From contig DASWKR010000058.1 in assembly GCA_036396535.1 (NCBI GenBank), positions 5,411-69,410 of the forward strand: 64,000 bases of DNA. The letters are read 5' to 3'. Position 1 is the stretch's first letter. Every line of letters starts with the position of its first letter. The translations under genes were made by a program, and so were the position numbers. Shown here piece after piece: positions 33,318 to 42,541 of the stretch. Under the pieces are notes generated by a model. It was given only the letters and a program-made list of their open reading frames with translations. It searched no databases and was not told the origin of the DNA. Source of the stretch: Acidimicrobiia bacterium (lineage in GTDB: Bacteria; Actinomycetota; Acidimicrobiia; Spongiisociales; UBA5794).

Positions 33318-34022
33318 TCAACGCCCCAGCGGCGATCGCTGCCTGCCGTCCTCGTCGAAGCTCCCAGGGTCGAGCCAGGCTTCGAGCGCCTGGCGGCGCG
33401 CCGGCCATTCCGAGTCGATCATCGAGTACCAGGCGGTGTCGCGGTTGCGGCCCTTGTACATCGTCGCCTGGCGGAACGTTCCCTCGTACGTGAAGCCGAG
33501 ACGCGCCGCCGCCGACGCCGACGCCCGGTTCAACGCATCCGCCTTCCACTCGTAGCGGCGATAGCCGAGCTCGTCGAAGACCCGGCGCATCATCAGGTAC
33601 ATCGCCTCGGTCGCCGTCCTGGTGCGCTGCAAGGCCGGGGAATACGAGATGTGGCCGACTTCGATCACCCCGCCGCCCGGGTCGATGCGAAGGTAGGACG
33701 CCAGCCCGAGTGCCCTGCCGGTGGCAGCGTCGACGATCGAGTGGAACAGCGGGTCGTCGCCGGCGGCACACAGTCGCAGCCACTCGTCGAACTGCTCCCG
33801 ATCCTCGAAGGGCCCGTAGGCCATGTACGTCCACATCGCCCCGGTGGCGTCCTCCGAGTACGCCGCGAAGAGATCGTCCCCGTGCCGGCTCGGGTCGAGT
33901 GGATCGACGAGCGTGTACCGGCCGACGATGGGGCGACGCGGCGGCATCTGCCGCCGCGTCCACCCGGCCACCTCCCGGCCGATCGCTTGGCCGAGCTCGT
34001 TGATGCGGTCCTCGTCGGACAT
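33318..34022 (-). CDS. GNAT family N-acetyltransferase (RimJ/RimL-like)
   Basis: IEVGHI, LGYRRYEWK, RLGFTYEG and GRNRDTAWYS motifs. Confidence 0.92.
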   Translation of the reverse strand: MSDEDRINELGQAIGREVAGWTRRQMPPRRPIVGRYTLVDPLDPSRHGDDLFAAYSEDATGAMWTYMAYGPFEDREQFDEWLRLCAAGDDPLFHSIVDAATGRALGLASYLRIDPGGGVIEVGHISYSPALQRTRTATEAMYLMMRRVFDELGYRRYEWKADALNRASASAAARLGFTYEGTFRQATMYKGRNRDTAWYSMIDSEWPARRQALEAWLDPGSFDEDGRQRSPLGR

Positions 34023-34168
34023 GGCGGCTGACGGTAGACGTTGCGGCCGGTCGTCTCGCTCTGAGCACGCCGGCTCGGCATCGGCCACGCTCGTCGACGA
34101 GGAGCCTCACCGCAGCTTCGGCCCACGACCTCGTCGGCCAGAGCTGGGAGCTCGATCTGAGCTGACGC

Positions 34169-34471
34169 TCAGCCCGATCCGCCGCCTCCGACCGTCGGGC
34201 ACGACTCGCCCTCAGCGAGTTGGACATCCATCCGACCGTCCTTGGCGACGTGGTGGGTGTGATCGCTCGAACCCTCGCCGTCGAATGCGGCGACGTCGAC
34301 CGTCATCTCGACGTACGGGTTGCCGTCCGACTCGGTGACGTGACAGATCCGGACGGTGTGCTCGCCGTTCTCGTCGGCCGATGTCGCCAATGCTCCCCCG
34401 CCGATGGCGGCGACCAAGAGCCCGGTCCCGAGAACGGCCACGGCGATTCGCCCGGCGCGCGCCTCTCTCAT
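34169..34471 (-). CDS. small secreted hypothetical protein
   Basis: Signal-peptide-like N-terminus; ICHVTESDGNPY...HTHH...CP; AAAGGGA RBS. Confidence 0.7.
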   Translation of the reverse strand: MREARAGRIAVAVLGTGLLVAAIGGGALATSADENGEHTVRICHVTESDGNPYVEMTVDVAAFDGEGSSDHTHHVAKDGRMDVQLAEGESCPTVGGGGSG

Positions 34472-34570
34472 GTTGCGTCCCTTTCCGCTCGCGCACGGTC
34501 ACCAACCGCGTTCAACATACCACTATGAGTGGTCGCAGTGAAGAGGGACAGTGAAGGGGGCCTCGACAGG

Positions 34571-34912
34571 TCACGTGGCGAACTCCGGGTAGCCGTGTGG
34601 AGCGACGGCCGCCTTGAACGCCTCGCTCAACTCGCCGACCGGCGTCCCTCCGGGCCCGTGGATCGCCCTGACGAAGTGCCACAACAGATAGGGGTGGGCT
34701 CCGAGGGCGTACAACCGCTCATAGTCCCATGCCTCGAAGGCGTCTCGTTCCTCGCCCGTGAGGGAGCCGCCCAGCGGGTATGGAGGCTCGGGAGCCGAGG
34801 CGGCACCTTCCCACGCCGCGACGAACGCCGCCGGATCCTCGACGAAGGAATCGAGCGCCTCGTCGCTTCGATCGATCTCCCACATCAGCTTGTCGATCAT
34901 GTAGCGGCTCAC
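34571..34912 (-). CDS. extradiol dioxygenase small subunit (LigA/CarBa-like)
   Basis: SRYMIDK, LTGEER..F...DY..LYALGAHPYLL pattern; GTGA overlap with the LigB-like gene. Confidence 0.78.
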   Translation of the reverse strand: MSRYMIDKLMWEIDRSDEALDSFVEDPAAFVAAWEGAASAPEPPYPLGGSLTGEERDAFEAWDYERLYALGAHPYLLWHFVRAIHGPGGTPVGELSEAFKAAVAPHGYPEFAT

Positions 34913-35751
34913 GTCGAACCCCACGTCATGAACGGCTCGGGGCCGAACCGGCAGTGCACCGCTTCGGCGAGCTCAGGTGGCCCGGCACCCGCCGCCGCCA
35001 TGAGGGCGATGAAGTTGAGGAACTGGAACGTCAGGTTCCCCGCATCGAGGAGACGCTCGTACGTGCACCCGGCCACCGCGCCGGCGACGTCGCCCGCTCT
35101 GATCCAGCCGAGGGCCTCCTCGTCGAAGTCGGGCCCCGGCGAGCCTCCCGAGAGCTGGCGGGGTCCACCGAGCTCGAAGGCGAGGTGGCCGGTGGCGAGG
35201 ACGGCGACCCGCCGTTCGAGTGACGACCTCTGGATCGTGGTGCGGATGTGCTCGCCGAGGGCTGCGAAACGAGCGGCGCCGGGCAGCGGCGGGGCGTTGC
35301 AGTTCGTGAAGATCGGCACCAACGGCACGTCGAGCTGGGGACGCAGGTACAAGAGCGGGACCATGAAGGCGTGGTCGAGCCACGGCTCGTCGGAGAAGGC
35401 GAAGTCGAAGCCGTCCGGTAGCTGGTGCCGGCCGAGCAGGTCCCTGGCGAGGTCGGGGTCCCCGGGAACCTCCCGGACCGGCAGTCCGAACTCACGTACC
35501 TCGTTCGGGTGGGTACCCCGCATCGACGGGGCCTTCCCGACCATGAAGGCGGGCATGTTGGACGTGACGAGCTGCCTGAAGTGGTCGGAAGCCACGAAGA
35601 CGATGGCATCGGGCTCGGCGGCGGCCAGGCGCCGGCGCGATCGATCGAACGCCGCGGCAACCTCGGCGAGGTCTCCCGGAACCGGGTCGACCATCGTCCT
35701 CCAGAGGAGAGGTGTGTGCGGCGCGCCGAGGGCGCACACGATCTCAGCCAA
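34909..35751 (-). CDS. class III extradiol ring-cleavage dioxygenase large subunit (LigB-like, atypical)
   Basis: PHTP, ASDHF, LDHAF and VPIFTN motifs; TTG start. Confidence 0.85.
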   Translation of the reverse strand: MAEIVCALGAPHTPLLWRTMVDPVPGDLAEVAAAFDRSRRRLAAAEPDAIVFVASDHFRQLVTSNMPAFMVGKAPSMRGTHPNEVREFGLPVREVPGDPDLARDLLGRHQLPDGFDFAFSDEPWLDHAFMVPLLYLRPQLDVPLVPIFTNCNAPPLPGAARFAALGEHIRTTIQRSSLERRVAVLATGHLAFELGGPRQLSGGSPGPDFDEEALGWIRAGDVAGAVAGCTYERLLDAGNLTFQFLNFIALMAAAGAGPPELAEAVHCRFGPEPFMTWGST

Positions 35752-35977
35752 CGAGCGATCCGAGGTCGGCGATCACGCCACGCATGATCGCATCCTGGTC
35801 TGTGTCGACTCTGCGCGCAGGTGTCGAGCGATCTGGGGCGTGTCCACGGGCCGGGCCCGGCCGGCCCCCCCGGGGTGCCGCCGCCATCCGAGCAGCGCTC
35901 TCGTGCGGATATCGTGACGGCGGAGATTCCATGTCGTGGAATCCGCCCGCCGATGCTCTATGGGTCGAGTGACTGGA

Positions 35978-36451
35978 GTGACCCTGCTGCAGAACGACAC
36001 CCGCAGCGAGACGTTCATCGGTTTCGTCGCCGACGTCGAGCCGCGGCTCCATGCCGCCTTGATCGGCTCGTGGGGTCTCGAAGACGCCCGTGAGGCGACG
36101 GCCGAGGCTCTCGTATATGCGTGGGAGCACTGGGAGCAGCTCGCCAGCATGGACAACCCGGCCGGTTACCTCTACCGGGTGGCGCAAACGAGGGCACGTC
36201 GCCTCTTCGGGCGCAGACAACCCGCCTTCCCGCCGCCACCGTCGGACAGCATGCCGTGGGTCGAGCCGGCGCTCCCGGCGGCGCTCGCCAGCCTCCCCGA
36301 GCGGCAACGGGTCATCGTCCTGCTCGTTCACTCGTTCGGGTGGACCCAGGCCGAGATCAGTGCGGTGACCGGCCTCTCCCACGGCACCGTCCAGAAGCAC
36401 TGCGAGCGGGGACTCGCCAAATTGCGCGCCGCCCTCGGAGGTGAGGCATGA
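35978..36451 (+). CDS. ECF RNA polymerase sigma factor
   Basis: Region 2 AREATAEALVYAWEHW...NPAGYLYRVA; region 4 LPERQR...EIS...GLSHGTVQKH..RGLAKLR; start uncertain. Confidence 0.88.
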   Translation: MTLLQNDTRSETFIGFVADVEPRLHAALIGSWGLEDAREATAEALVYAWEHWEQLASMDNPAGYLYRVAQTRARRLFGRRQPAFPPPPSDSMPWVEPALPAALASLPERQRVIVLLVHSFGWTQAEISAVTGLSHGTVQKHCERGLAKLRAALGGEA

Positions 36452-37902
36452 CAGTCGACCTCGAACGCCAACTCGACGCCTACGGCGATCACCTCACGAG
36501 CCTCGTCGATCACGTGTCGGCCGACGAGGCACTGGACCGCGCCGAGATCACCAGGACGGACGCTGCCGTGCCGAGTCGGCGCCCCAGGCTGCGCTGGCTG
36601 CGCTGGGCGGTTCCGTCGGGCGCCGTCGTTCTGGTGGCGCTGCTCGCCGCGACGCTCGGATCGATGCCCGTGTCGAACAACTTCGCCCGGATCTCGTCGT
36701 TTCTGGACGGTGCGGACTCAGAGAGCCCGGTGACGACGGCCGCAGCATCCGAGACGACGTCGGCGCCCGGCACGACCGCGGACCCGGGCTCGAGCGGGAG
36801 CCCGGACGGAGTGTTACAGGAGTCGACCGACACGACTGCCCCGCCTCCCGGTGGATCGTCCCCGACCGCCAATCGCTCGATCATCTACACCGCAGACATG
36901 TCTGTCGCCGTGGCCGACGTCCCGACCGCCGTCGCCGAGGCGACGGCCGTCGTCGAGTCCCTCGGCGGCGTCCTGTTCGGCGAGGTGACCAGAGGCGGTC
37001 CCGAGCCGACCAGTGTCCTGACGTTCCGCGTCCTCCCCGAGCGGTTCGAAGCCGCCCTCACCGGCCTCGGCACCATCGGTGAGCTTCGTGAGCAGAACCG
37101 CTCTGCGGATGACGTCACCGACACCGTCGTCGACTTGCAGAGCCGCATCTCGACCGCCGAGGCGAGCGTTCTCCGCCTGCGCGAGCTGATGGGCACCGCG
37201 GGTGACGTCGCCGACATCGCCAAGGTGGAGGAGGAGCTCCTCGACAGGGAAACCGAGCTCGAGCGGCTGCGGGGCCGACTGCGCACCATCGACGCCCAAG
37301 TCTCGATGGCTTCGATCACCGTCACGCTGCGCCGGGCGCTCGTGAACCCGGACGCTCGCCTCGTCGTCACGGCATACCCCGGGCACGACCGGGGCGCATC
37401 GTGTCCCGGCTCCGACACCGTCAGCGTCACGCAGGGAGAAGACGTCACCGTCTGCTTCGAGGTGCGCAACCGGGGTGACGTCGCCATCGATGACATCCGG
37501 GTGAGCGACACGGTGCTCGAGGTGGAGACGGCTGACCTCATCTCCGTCGCCGGCGATCCGGCAAGGCCGCTCCCCCCCGGCCAATCCGTGTTCCTGGCCG
37601 CTGAGATCGAGGTCGATCGGGAGCTGCGAACCCAGTCGAGGATGTCGGCGACGCCGATCGCCGACTCCGGCGACGCGATCGCCGGATCGAGCATCTCTGG
37701 CCAGGCAAGCGCGGTCGTCATGACCGATCAGCCCGAGGTGCAGCCAGGCTTCCGAGCCGGCTTGGGGGCCGGTGGGCGGGCACTGCGGTCCGCCGCCGTG
37801 TTCGCCTCGCTCGTCGCCGGGGCACTCCTTCCTTTCACGTGGGCATTCGTGCTCGTCGGCATCGCCATGGTCTGGCGTCGCCGCAAGGCTCGGCCGATCT
37901 GA
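36448..37902 (+). CDS. DUF4349-domain membrane protein, putative anti-sigma-like partner
   Basis: ATGA overlap with the sigma gene; TM near residues 55-75; IIYTADMSV...DVTDTVVDLQSR...VEEEL...ELERLRG; Ig-like segment; C-terminal TM. Confidence 0.78.
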   Translation: MTVDLERQLDAYGDHLTSLVDHVSADEALDRAEITRTDAAVPSRRPRLRWLRWAVPSGAVVLVALLAATLGSMPVSNNFARISSFLDGADSESPVTTAAASETTSAPGTTADPGSSGSPDGVLQESTDTTAPPPGGSSPTANRSIIYTADMSVAVADVPTAVAEATAVVESLGGVLFGEVTRGGPEPTSVLTFRVLPERFEAALTGLGTIGELREQNRSADDVTDTVVDLQSRISTAEASVLRLRELMGTAGDVADIAKVEEELLDRETELERLRGRLRTIDAQVSMASITVTLRRALVNPDARLVVTAYPGHDRGASCPGSDTVSVTQGEDVTVCFEVRNRGDVAIDDIRVSDTVLEVETADLISVAGDPARPLPPGQSVFLAAEIEVDRELRTQSRMSATPIADSGDAIAGSSISGQASAVVMTDQPEVQPGFRAGLGAGGRALRSAAVFASLVAGALLPFTWAFVLVGIAMVWRRRKARPI

Positions 37903-38022
37903 CGAGCCGAAGCGCAGCAATCCCTCCGCGAGGTCGGAGATGGTGGGTACCTGGTACGACCGGCCACCCGTGCGCCACCGCGGCGGCTCGGCAGTTCGAC
38001 AGCACCAAAGCCGCCCACTACC

Positions 38023-38057
38023 GTTCCGCGATACAGAACAGTTCCGCATCGTGGAAC
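38023..38057. promoter_or_regulatory. two tandem 17-bp palindromic operators (IclR-like)
   Basis: GTTCCGCGATACAGAAC (38023-38039) and GTTCCGCATCGTGGAAC (38041-38057), just upstream of the MttB-family gene. Confidence 0.65.
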
Positions 38058-38079
38058 AGACCGACCGAGGACAGCAACC

Positions 38080-39621
38080 GTGACGGCTGACCGTGCATCG
38101 CGGCGATCCGGAGGCAGGGCAGCCAGGCATGCCGCCAGGACCGCCGAGGCCGTCGAGCGGATCCCCTTCCTCACCAGGACGCTCCGGCCGGTCGAGGTGG
38201 TCGGCGACGAGGGGCTCGCCATCATCGAGGACAACGCCGAGACGCTCCTCGAGACGGTCGGGATCGAGGTCGGCAACTACCCCGAGGCTCTCACGATCTA
38301 CGCGGCACACGGCGCCGACGTCGAGGGGACGCGAGTCCGATTCCCGCGCGGGCTGTGCCGGTCGACCATCCAGGCCACGGCCCCCAAGTCGTTCACCCAA
38401 ATCGCCCGCAACCCGGAGAACACGGTGACGATCGGCGACCCCCACCTGGTGTTCGCTCCCGCCTACGGGTCGCCGTTCGTCCGCGACCTCGAGGGCGGCC
38501 GCCGCTACGCCACCATCGAGGACTTCCGGAGCTTCGCCAAGCTGACGCACATGTCGCCCCAGCTCCACCACGGAGGAGGGACGCTCTGCGAGCCCGTCGA
38601 CCTCCCCGTCAACAAGCGGCACTTCGACATGGTGTACGCGCACATCCGGTACCACGACCGGCCGTTCATGGGCTCGGTCACCCATCCGAGCCGTGCCCAG
38701 GACACGATCGACATGGTCAAGATCGTCTTCGGCGACGAATTCGTCGACCAGAACACGGTGCTCCTCAGCCTGGCGAACGCCAACTCCCCGATGTCGTGGG
38801 ACTTCAACATGCTCGGGTCCGCCAAGGTGTACGCCGAGAACAACCAGGCGACCCTGGTGACGCCGTTCATCTTGGCGGGCGCGATGGCGCCGGTGACCGC
38901 GGCCGCGGCCGCCACCCAGACCTTGGCCGAGGCGATGGCCGGTATGGCGTTCTGCCAGATGGTTCGCCCGGGCGCTCCGGTGGTGTTCGGGTCGTTCGCC
39001 TCATCGATGTCGATGCAGTCCGGGGCGCCGACGTTCGGGACCCCCGAGCCCGCCCTGATGCTGTACACGGTGGCGGCGCTCGCCAGACGCCTCGGCGTGC
39101 CATTCCGCAGCGGGGGAAACCTGACCGCATCGAAGGTCCCCGACTACCAGGCGGCCTACGAGTCGGCCGCCACCTTCGTCCCGACGCTCCTGGCAGGCGT
39201 CAACTTCGTGCTCCACACGGCCGGCTGGCTCGAGGGCGGGCTGACGATGGGGTACGAGAAGTTCGTGCTCGACGCCGACCAGGCTGGTGCAGCCGAGCGC
39301 CTCGTGACGGGTGTCGACATCACCGAGAACGGCCAGGCCCTCGACGCCATGCTCCAGTCGGGCCCCGGGCAGCACTTCCTCGGGAATCCGCACACGCTCG
39401 CCAACTTCGAGACCGCCTTCTGGCGTTCCCAACTGGCGGACAACAACAGCTTCGAGCAGTGGGAGCTCGAGGGCTCCCGGGACCCAGTCACGCGGGCGAA
39501 CGCGATCAAGAACCAACTCCTGGCCGACTACGAGATGCCGGCATTCGACGACGCCAAGGACGAAGAGCTCCGTGAGTGGATCGCGGTGCGGAAGGGGTCC
39601 TTCCCGGACTCGGACGTCTGA
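38080..39621 (+). CDS. trimethylamine methyltransferase family protein (MttB/MtgB, non-pyrrolysine)
   Basis: PAYGSPFV, GTLCEPVD, NANSP, PFILAGAMAPVT, FGTPE, PFRSGG and LHTAGWLEGGL motifs; no internal TAG. Confidence 0.93.
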   Translation: MTADRASRRSGGRAARHAARTAEAVERIPFLTRTLRPVEVVGDEGLAIIEDNAETLLETVGIEVGNYPEALTIYAAHGADVEGTRVRFPRGLCRSTIQATAPKSFTQIARNPENTVTIGDPHLVFAPAYGSPFVRDLEGGRRYATIEDFRSFAKLTHMSPQLHHGGGTLCEPVDLPVNKRHFDMVYAHIRYHDRPFMGSVTHPSRAQDTIDMVKIVFGDEFVDQNTVLLSLANANSPMSWDFNMLGSAKVYAENNQATLVTPFILAGAMAPVTAAAAATQTLAEAMAGMAFCQMVRPGAPVVFGSFASSMSMQSGAPTFGTPEPALMLYTVAALARRLGVPFRSGGNLTASKVPDYQAAYESAATFVPTLLAGVNFVLHTAGWLEGGLTMGYEKFVLDADQAGAAERLVTGVDITENGQALDAMLQSGPGQHFLGNPHTLANFETAFWRSQLADNNSFEQWELEGSRDPVTRANAIKNQLLADYEMPAFDDAKDEELREWIAVRKGSFPDSDV

Positions 39622-39657
39622 CGAGGCGACTCCCGGCAGCCCGAAGGGATGTGCCCG

Positions 39658-41685
39658 CTACCCGGTCGCCGCCGCATCGGATGCCTCGGCGCGCTGCAGA
39701 GCGCCGAGCTCGGCGACGGGGATGTGGCACCGAAGCTGGTAGCCGGGTTCTGCCTCGACGAGCGGAGGCTCCGTCACGTCGCATGTCCCCGGGATGAACC
39801 GATGGCACCTGGTGTGGAACACACACCCGGACGGCGGGTTCGACGGGCTCGGGATCTCTCCGGTGAGTCTGATCCTCACTCGCGTCTCCCCCTCGACGGA
39901 AGGGGCGGCAGACAGCAGCGCCTCCGTATACGGGTGATGCGGTCCTCCGAACACGCGCTCGCCGGTCCCGACTTCCATGAGCCTGCCGAGGTACATGACG
40001 GCGACCCGATCTGCGAGGTACCGCACGACGCTGAGATCGTGCGAGATGAACAGGTAGGCGACCCCCTCTTCGGCCTGGAGATCGGCGAGCAGGTTGATGA
40101 TCGCCGCCTGCACCGAGACGTCGAGCGCCGACGTCGGCTCGTCACAGACGACGAGCTTCGGCGAGCCGGCGAACGCCCTGGCAACGGCGACGCGTTGCTT
40201 GAGGCCGCCGGAGAGATGCCTCGGCTTGGACGACAGGTGCTGCTCACCCATCCTCACCTCGGTGATCAGCCGCCTGGTTCGCGCCGCGACCTCTTTCCTG
40301 CCCAGGTCGAGGAGCCGCTCCACTGCCCGGCTCACGATCCTGCGGACGCTGTGGCGGCGATTGAGGGCGCTGTCCGGGTCCTGGAACACCATTTGAATCG
40401 CCCTCACCTGCTCGACGGCACGATCCGTGACGCGCTCCCCGAGCGCCTCCCCGCCCAACTCGACGACAGAGCCCTCATCCGGGGAGTGGATGCCGAGGAT
40501 GAGCCTTGCGAGCGTGCTCTTCCCCGAACCGGACTCGCCGACGAGCCCAACCGTCTCGCCCGAACGTATCGACAGATCGACGTCGGCCAAGGCGAACACG
40601 GGATGCCCGTCCTGCTGGAACGTCTTCGAGGCGCCCTTGATCTCGAGCAGGAGAGCCTCGTCCGTCCTTCGGGCCGCCGGGTCGGGGGCGACCGTCCGTG
40701 GCATTCCTTGTGACTGTTCGGGAAAGTGGCACAGCGACTGGCGATCACCTTCGAGGATCTGACGGGGTGGTGGGACGGTATGGCAGATGTCCTGGGCGAT
40801 CCCGCATCGGTCGGCGTAGACGCAGCCGGCGATGTCGGCGCCGAGCGGCGGGAGGAAGCCGGGGATCGTGTCCAGCTTCGCCCGGGCGCGGCTGGTCTGG
40901 CCGGTCGGCAGGCACCGCAGCAGCCCGACCGTGTACGGGTGCATCGGGTTGGTGAACACGTCCTCGGCCTTGCCCTCGGCGACGAGACGCCCGGCGTAGA
41001 GCACGCCGACCCTGTCGCACATCTGCCTGATCACCGCCAGGCTGTGGCTGATGAAGAGCACAGACGTGCCCATCTCCTCGCGTAGCCCCGAGACGAGGTC
41101 GAGCACCTCGGCTTCTACGGTGGCGTCGAGGCCCGTCGTCGGCTCATCCAGGACGAGAAGGTCCGGCTCGGAGGCGATCGCCATGGCGATGACGACCCGC
41201 TGCAGCATCCCGCCCGAGAGTTGGTGCGGGTAGCGGCGCACGACACGCCCCGGATCGGCGATCTTGACCCTCTGGAGAACGTCGATGACTCGGCCGTCGA
41301 TCTCGTCGCCGGGTACCCCCATGAGCTCGAACACGTCTGCGACCTGGCGGCCGACCCTGATCGAAGGGTTCAATGCCGTCGCCGGGTTCTGGTACACCAT
41401 CGATAGGCGGCGGACTCTCAGCTCGCGGAGCTCGCGGCTCGACAGCGTCGTGATGTCGCGCCCATCGAGCTTGATTGCGCCCCCGCTGACACGGCCGTTG
41501 CGAGGCAGGTAGCGCATGATCGCCATGGCGATGGTCGTCTTGCCGCACCCCGACTCACCGACGAGCCCAAACGACTCGCCGCGCGGGATCACGAAGTTGA
41601 CGTCGAGCACGGCCGTCTTCCACCTCGTGCCCATCCGGTAGTCGATCGACAGGTTCTCGACCTCGAGCGCGTGGTCCGTTGCCAT
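39658..41685 (-). CDS. peptide/nickel ABC transporter, fused double ATPase
   Basis: Two Walker A motifs (GESGCGKT, GESGSGKS), LSGG signatures and HPYT. Confidence 0.95.
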   Translation of the reverse strand: MATDHALEVENLSIDYRMGTRWKTAVLDVNFVIPRGESFGLVGESGCGKTTIAMAIMRYLPRNGRVSGGAIKLDGRDITTLSSRELRELRVRRLSMVYQNPATALNPSIRVGRQVADVFELMGVPGDEIDGRVIDVLQRVKIADPGRVVRRYPHQLSGGMLQRVVIAMAIASEPDLLVLDEPTTGLDATVEAEVLDLVSGLREEMGTSVLFISHSLAVIRQMCDRVGVLYAGRLVAEGKAEDVFTNPMHPYTVGLLRCLPTGQTSRARAKLDTIPGFLPPLGADIAGCVYADRCGIAQDICHTVPPPRQILEGDRQSLCHFPEQSQGMPRTVAPDPAARRTDEALLLEIKGASKTFQQDGHPVFALADVDLSIRSGETVGLVGESGSGKSTLARLILGIHSPDEGSVVELGGEALGERVTDRAVEQVRAIQMVFQDPDSALNRRHSVRRIVSRAVERLLDLGRKEVAARTRRLITEVRMGEQHLSSKPRHLSGGLKQRVAVARAFAGSPKLVVCDEPTSALDVSVQAAIINLLADLQAEEGVAYLFISHDLSVVRYLADRVAVMYLGRLMEVGTGERVFGGPHHPYTEALLSAAPSVEGETRVRIRLTGEIPSPSNPPSGCVFHTRCHRFIPGTCDVTEPPLVEAEPGYQLRCHIPVAELGALQRAEASDAAATG

Positions 41686-41692
41686 CTTCCCC

Positions 41693-42541
41693 CTACGACT
41701 CGAGTGCCTGTGAGATGCCGTCCGCCAGGAGGTTCACCCCGACGACGAGCGACGCGATCGCCAGGGCGGGGAAGAGCACGGGCCACCACACATCACCTGT
41801 GAGATAGCCGTAGTGCTGCGAGATCGCCAGTCCCCAGTCCGGGACGGAGGGCTCGACGCCGAAGCCGAGAAACGACAGTGCCAGCACCGTGAATATGGCA
41901 TACCCGAGCCGCACCGTGAACTCGACTGTGATGACGCTGCTGACGTTCGGCAGTATCTCGACGAACAAGGTGTAGAAGACGTTCTCGCGCCGCAGTCGGG
42001 CGGCCGTCACATAGTCGAGCTGACGTTCGGCGAGCACCGCGGCCCGCACCGTCTTGGCGATGAGCGGCATGAAGACGAGCCCGATGACGATGATGACACC
42101 GAACGTGGTCGGCCCGAGCGCCGCCAGGGCAAGCATGCCCGTGATGACGAGCGGGATCGACAAGAAGGCGTCCAGGATCCTGCCGACGATGTCATCGACG
42201 ATTCCTCCGAAGTAGCCGACGACGAGCCCGACGGCCGTGCCGAGCACGGTGCCGAGCACGGTGGCCGAGAGCGACACCGTGAGCACCTGCCTCGATCCGG
42301 CCAAGACCCTCGAGAGCACGTCCCTGCCCAACTCGTCGGTGCCGAACCAGTTCGCCGCCGATGGTGGCTGGAGGCGATTCAGGACGTCCTGGGGCGTCCC
42401 CAGCGGATCGAACGGGGCGACGCTCGAGCCGAAGACGGCGAAGAAGATCCACATGACCGTTATGGTCCCCCCGACCCAGAACGTCGCCGAGCCCCGCAGC
42501 ACCTTCCACTGTTCCGACCTCGGCACCGTCTGAGTCGTCAT
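41693..42541 (-). CDS. peptide ABC transporter permease (DppC-like)
   Basis: FGTDELGRDVLSR, ILPNV and LSFLGFG motifs. Confidence 0.93.
   Translation of the reverse strand: MTTQTVPRSEQWKVLRGSATFWVGGTITVMWIFFAVFGSSVAPFDPLGTPQDVLNRLQPPSAANWFGTDELGRDVLSRVLAGSRQVLTVSLSATVLGTVLGTAVGLVVGYFGGIVDDIVGRILDAFLSIPLVITGMLALAALGPTTFGVIIVIGLVFMPLIAKTVRAAVLAERQLDYVTAARLRRENVFYTLFVEILPNVSSVITVEFTVRLGYAIFTVLALSFLGFGVEPSVPDWGLAISQHYGYLTGDVWWPVLFPALAIASLVVGVNLLADGISQALES

Noticed and set aside
38080-39621. Pyrrolysine recoding in MttB
   Set aside because: No in-frame TAG and no pyl genes in the window
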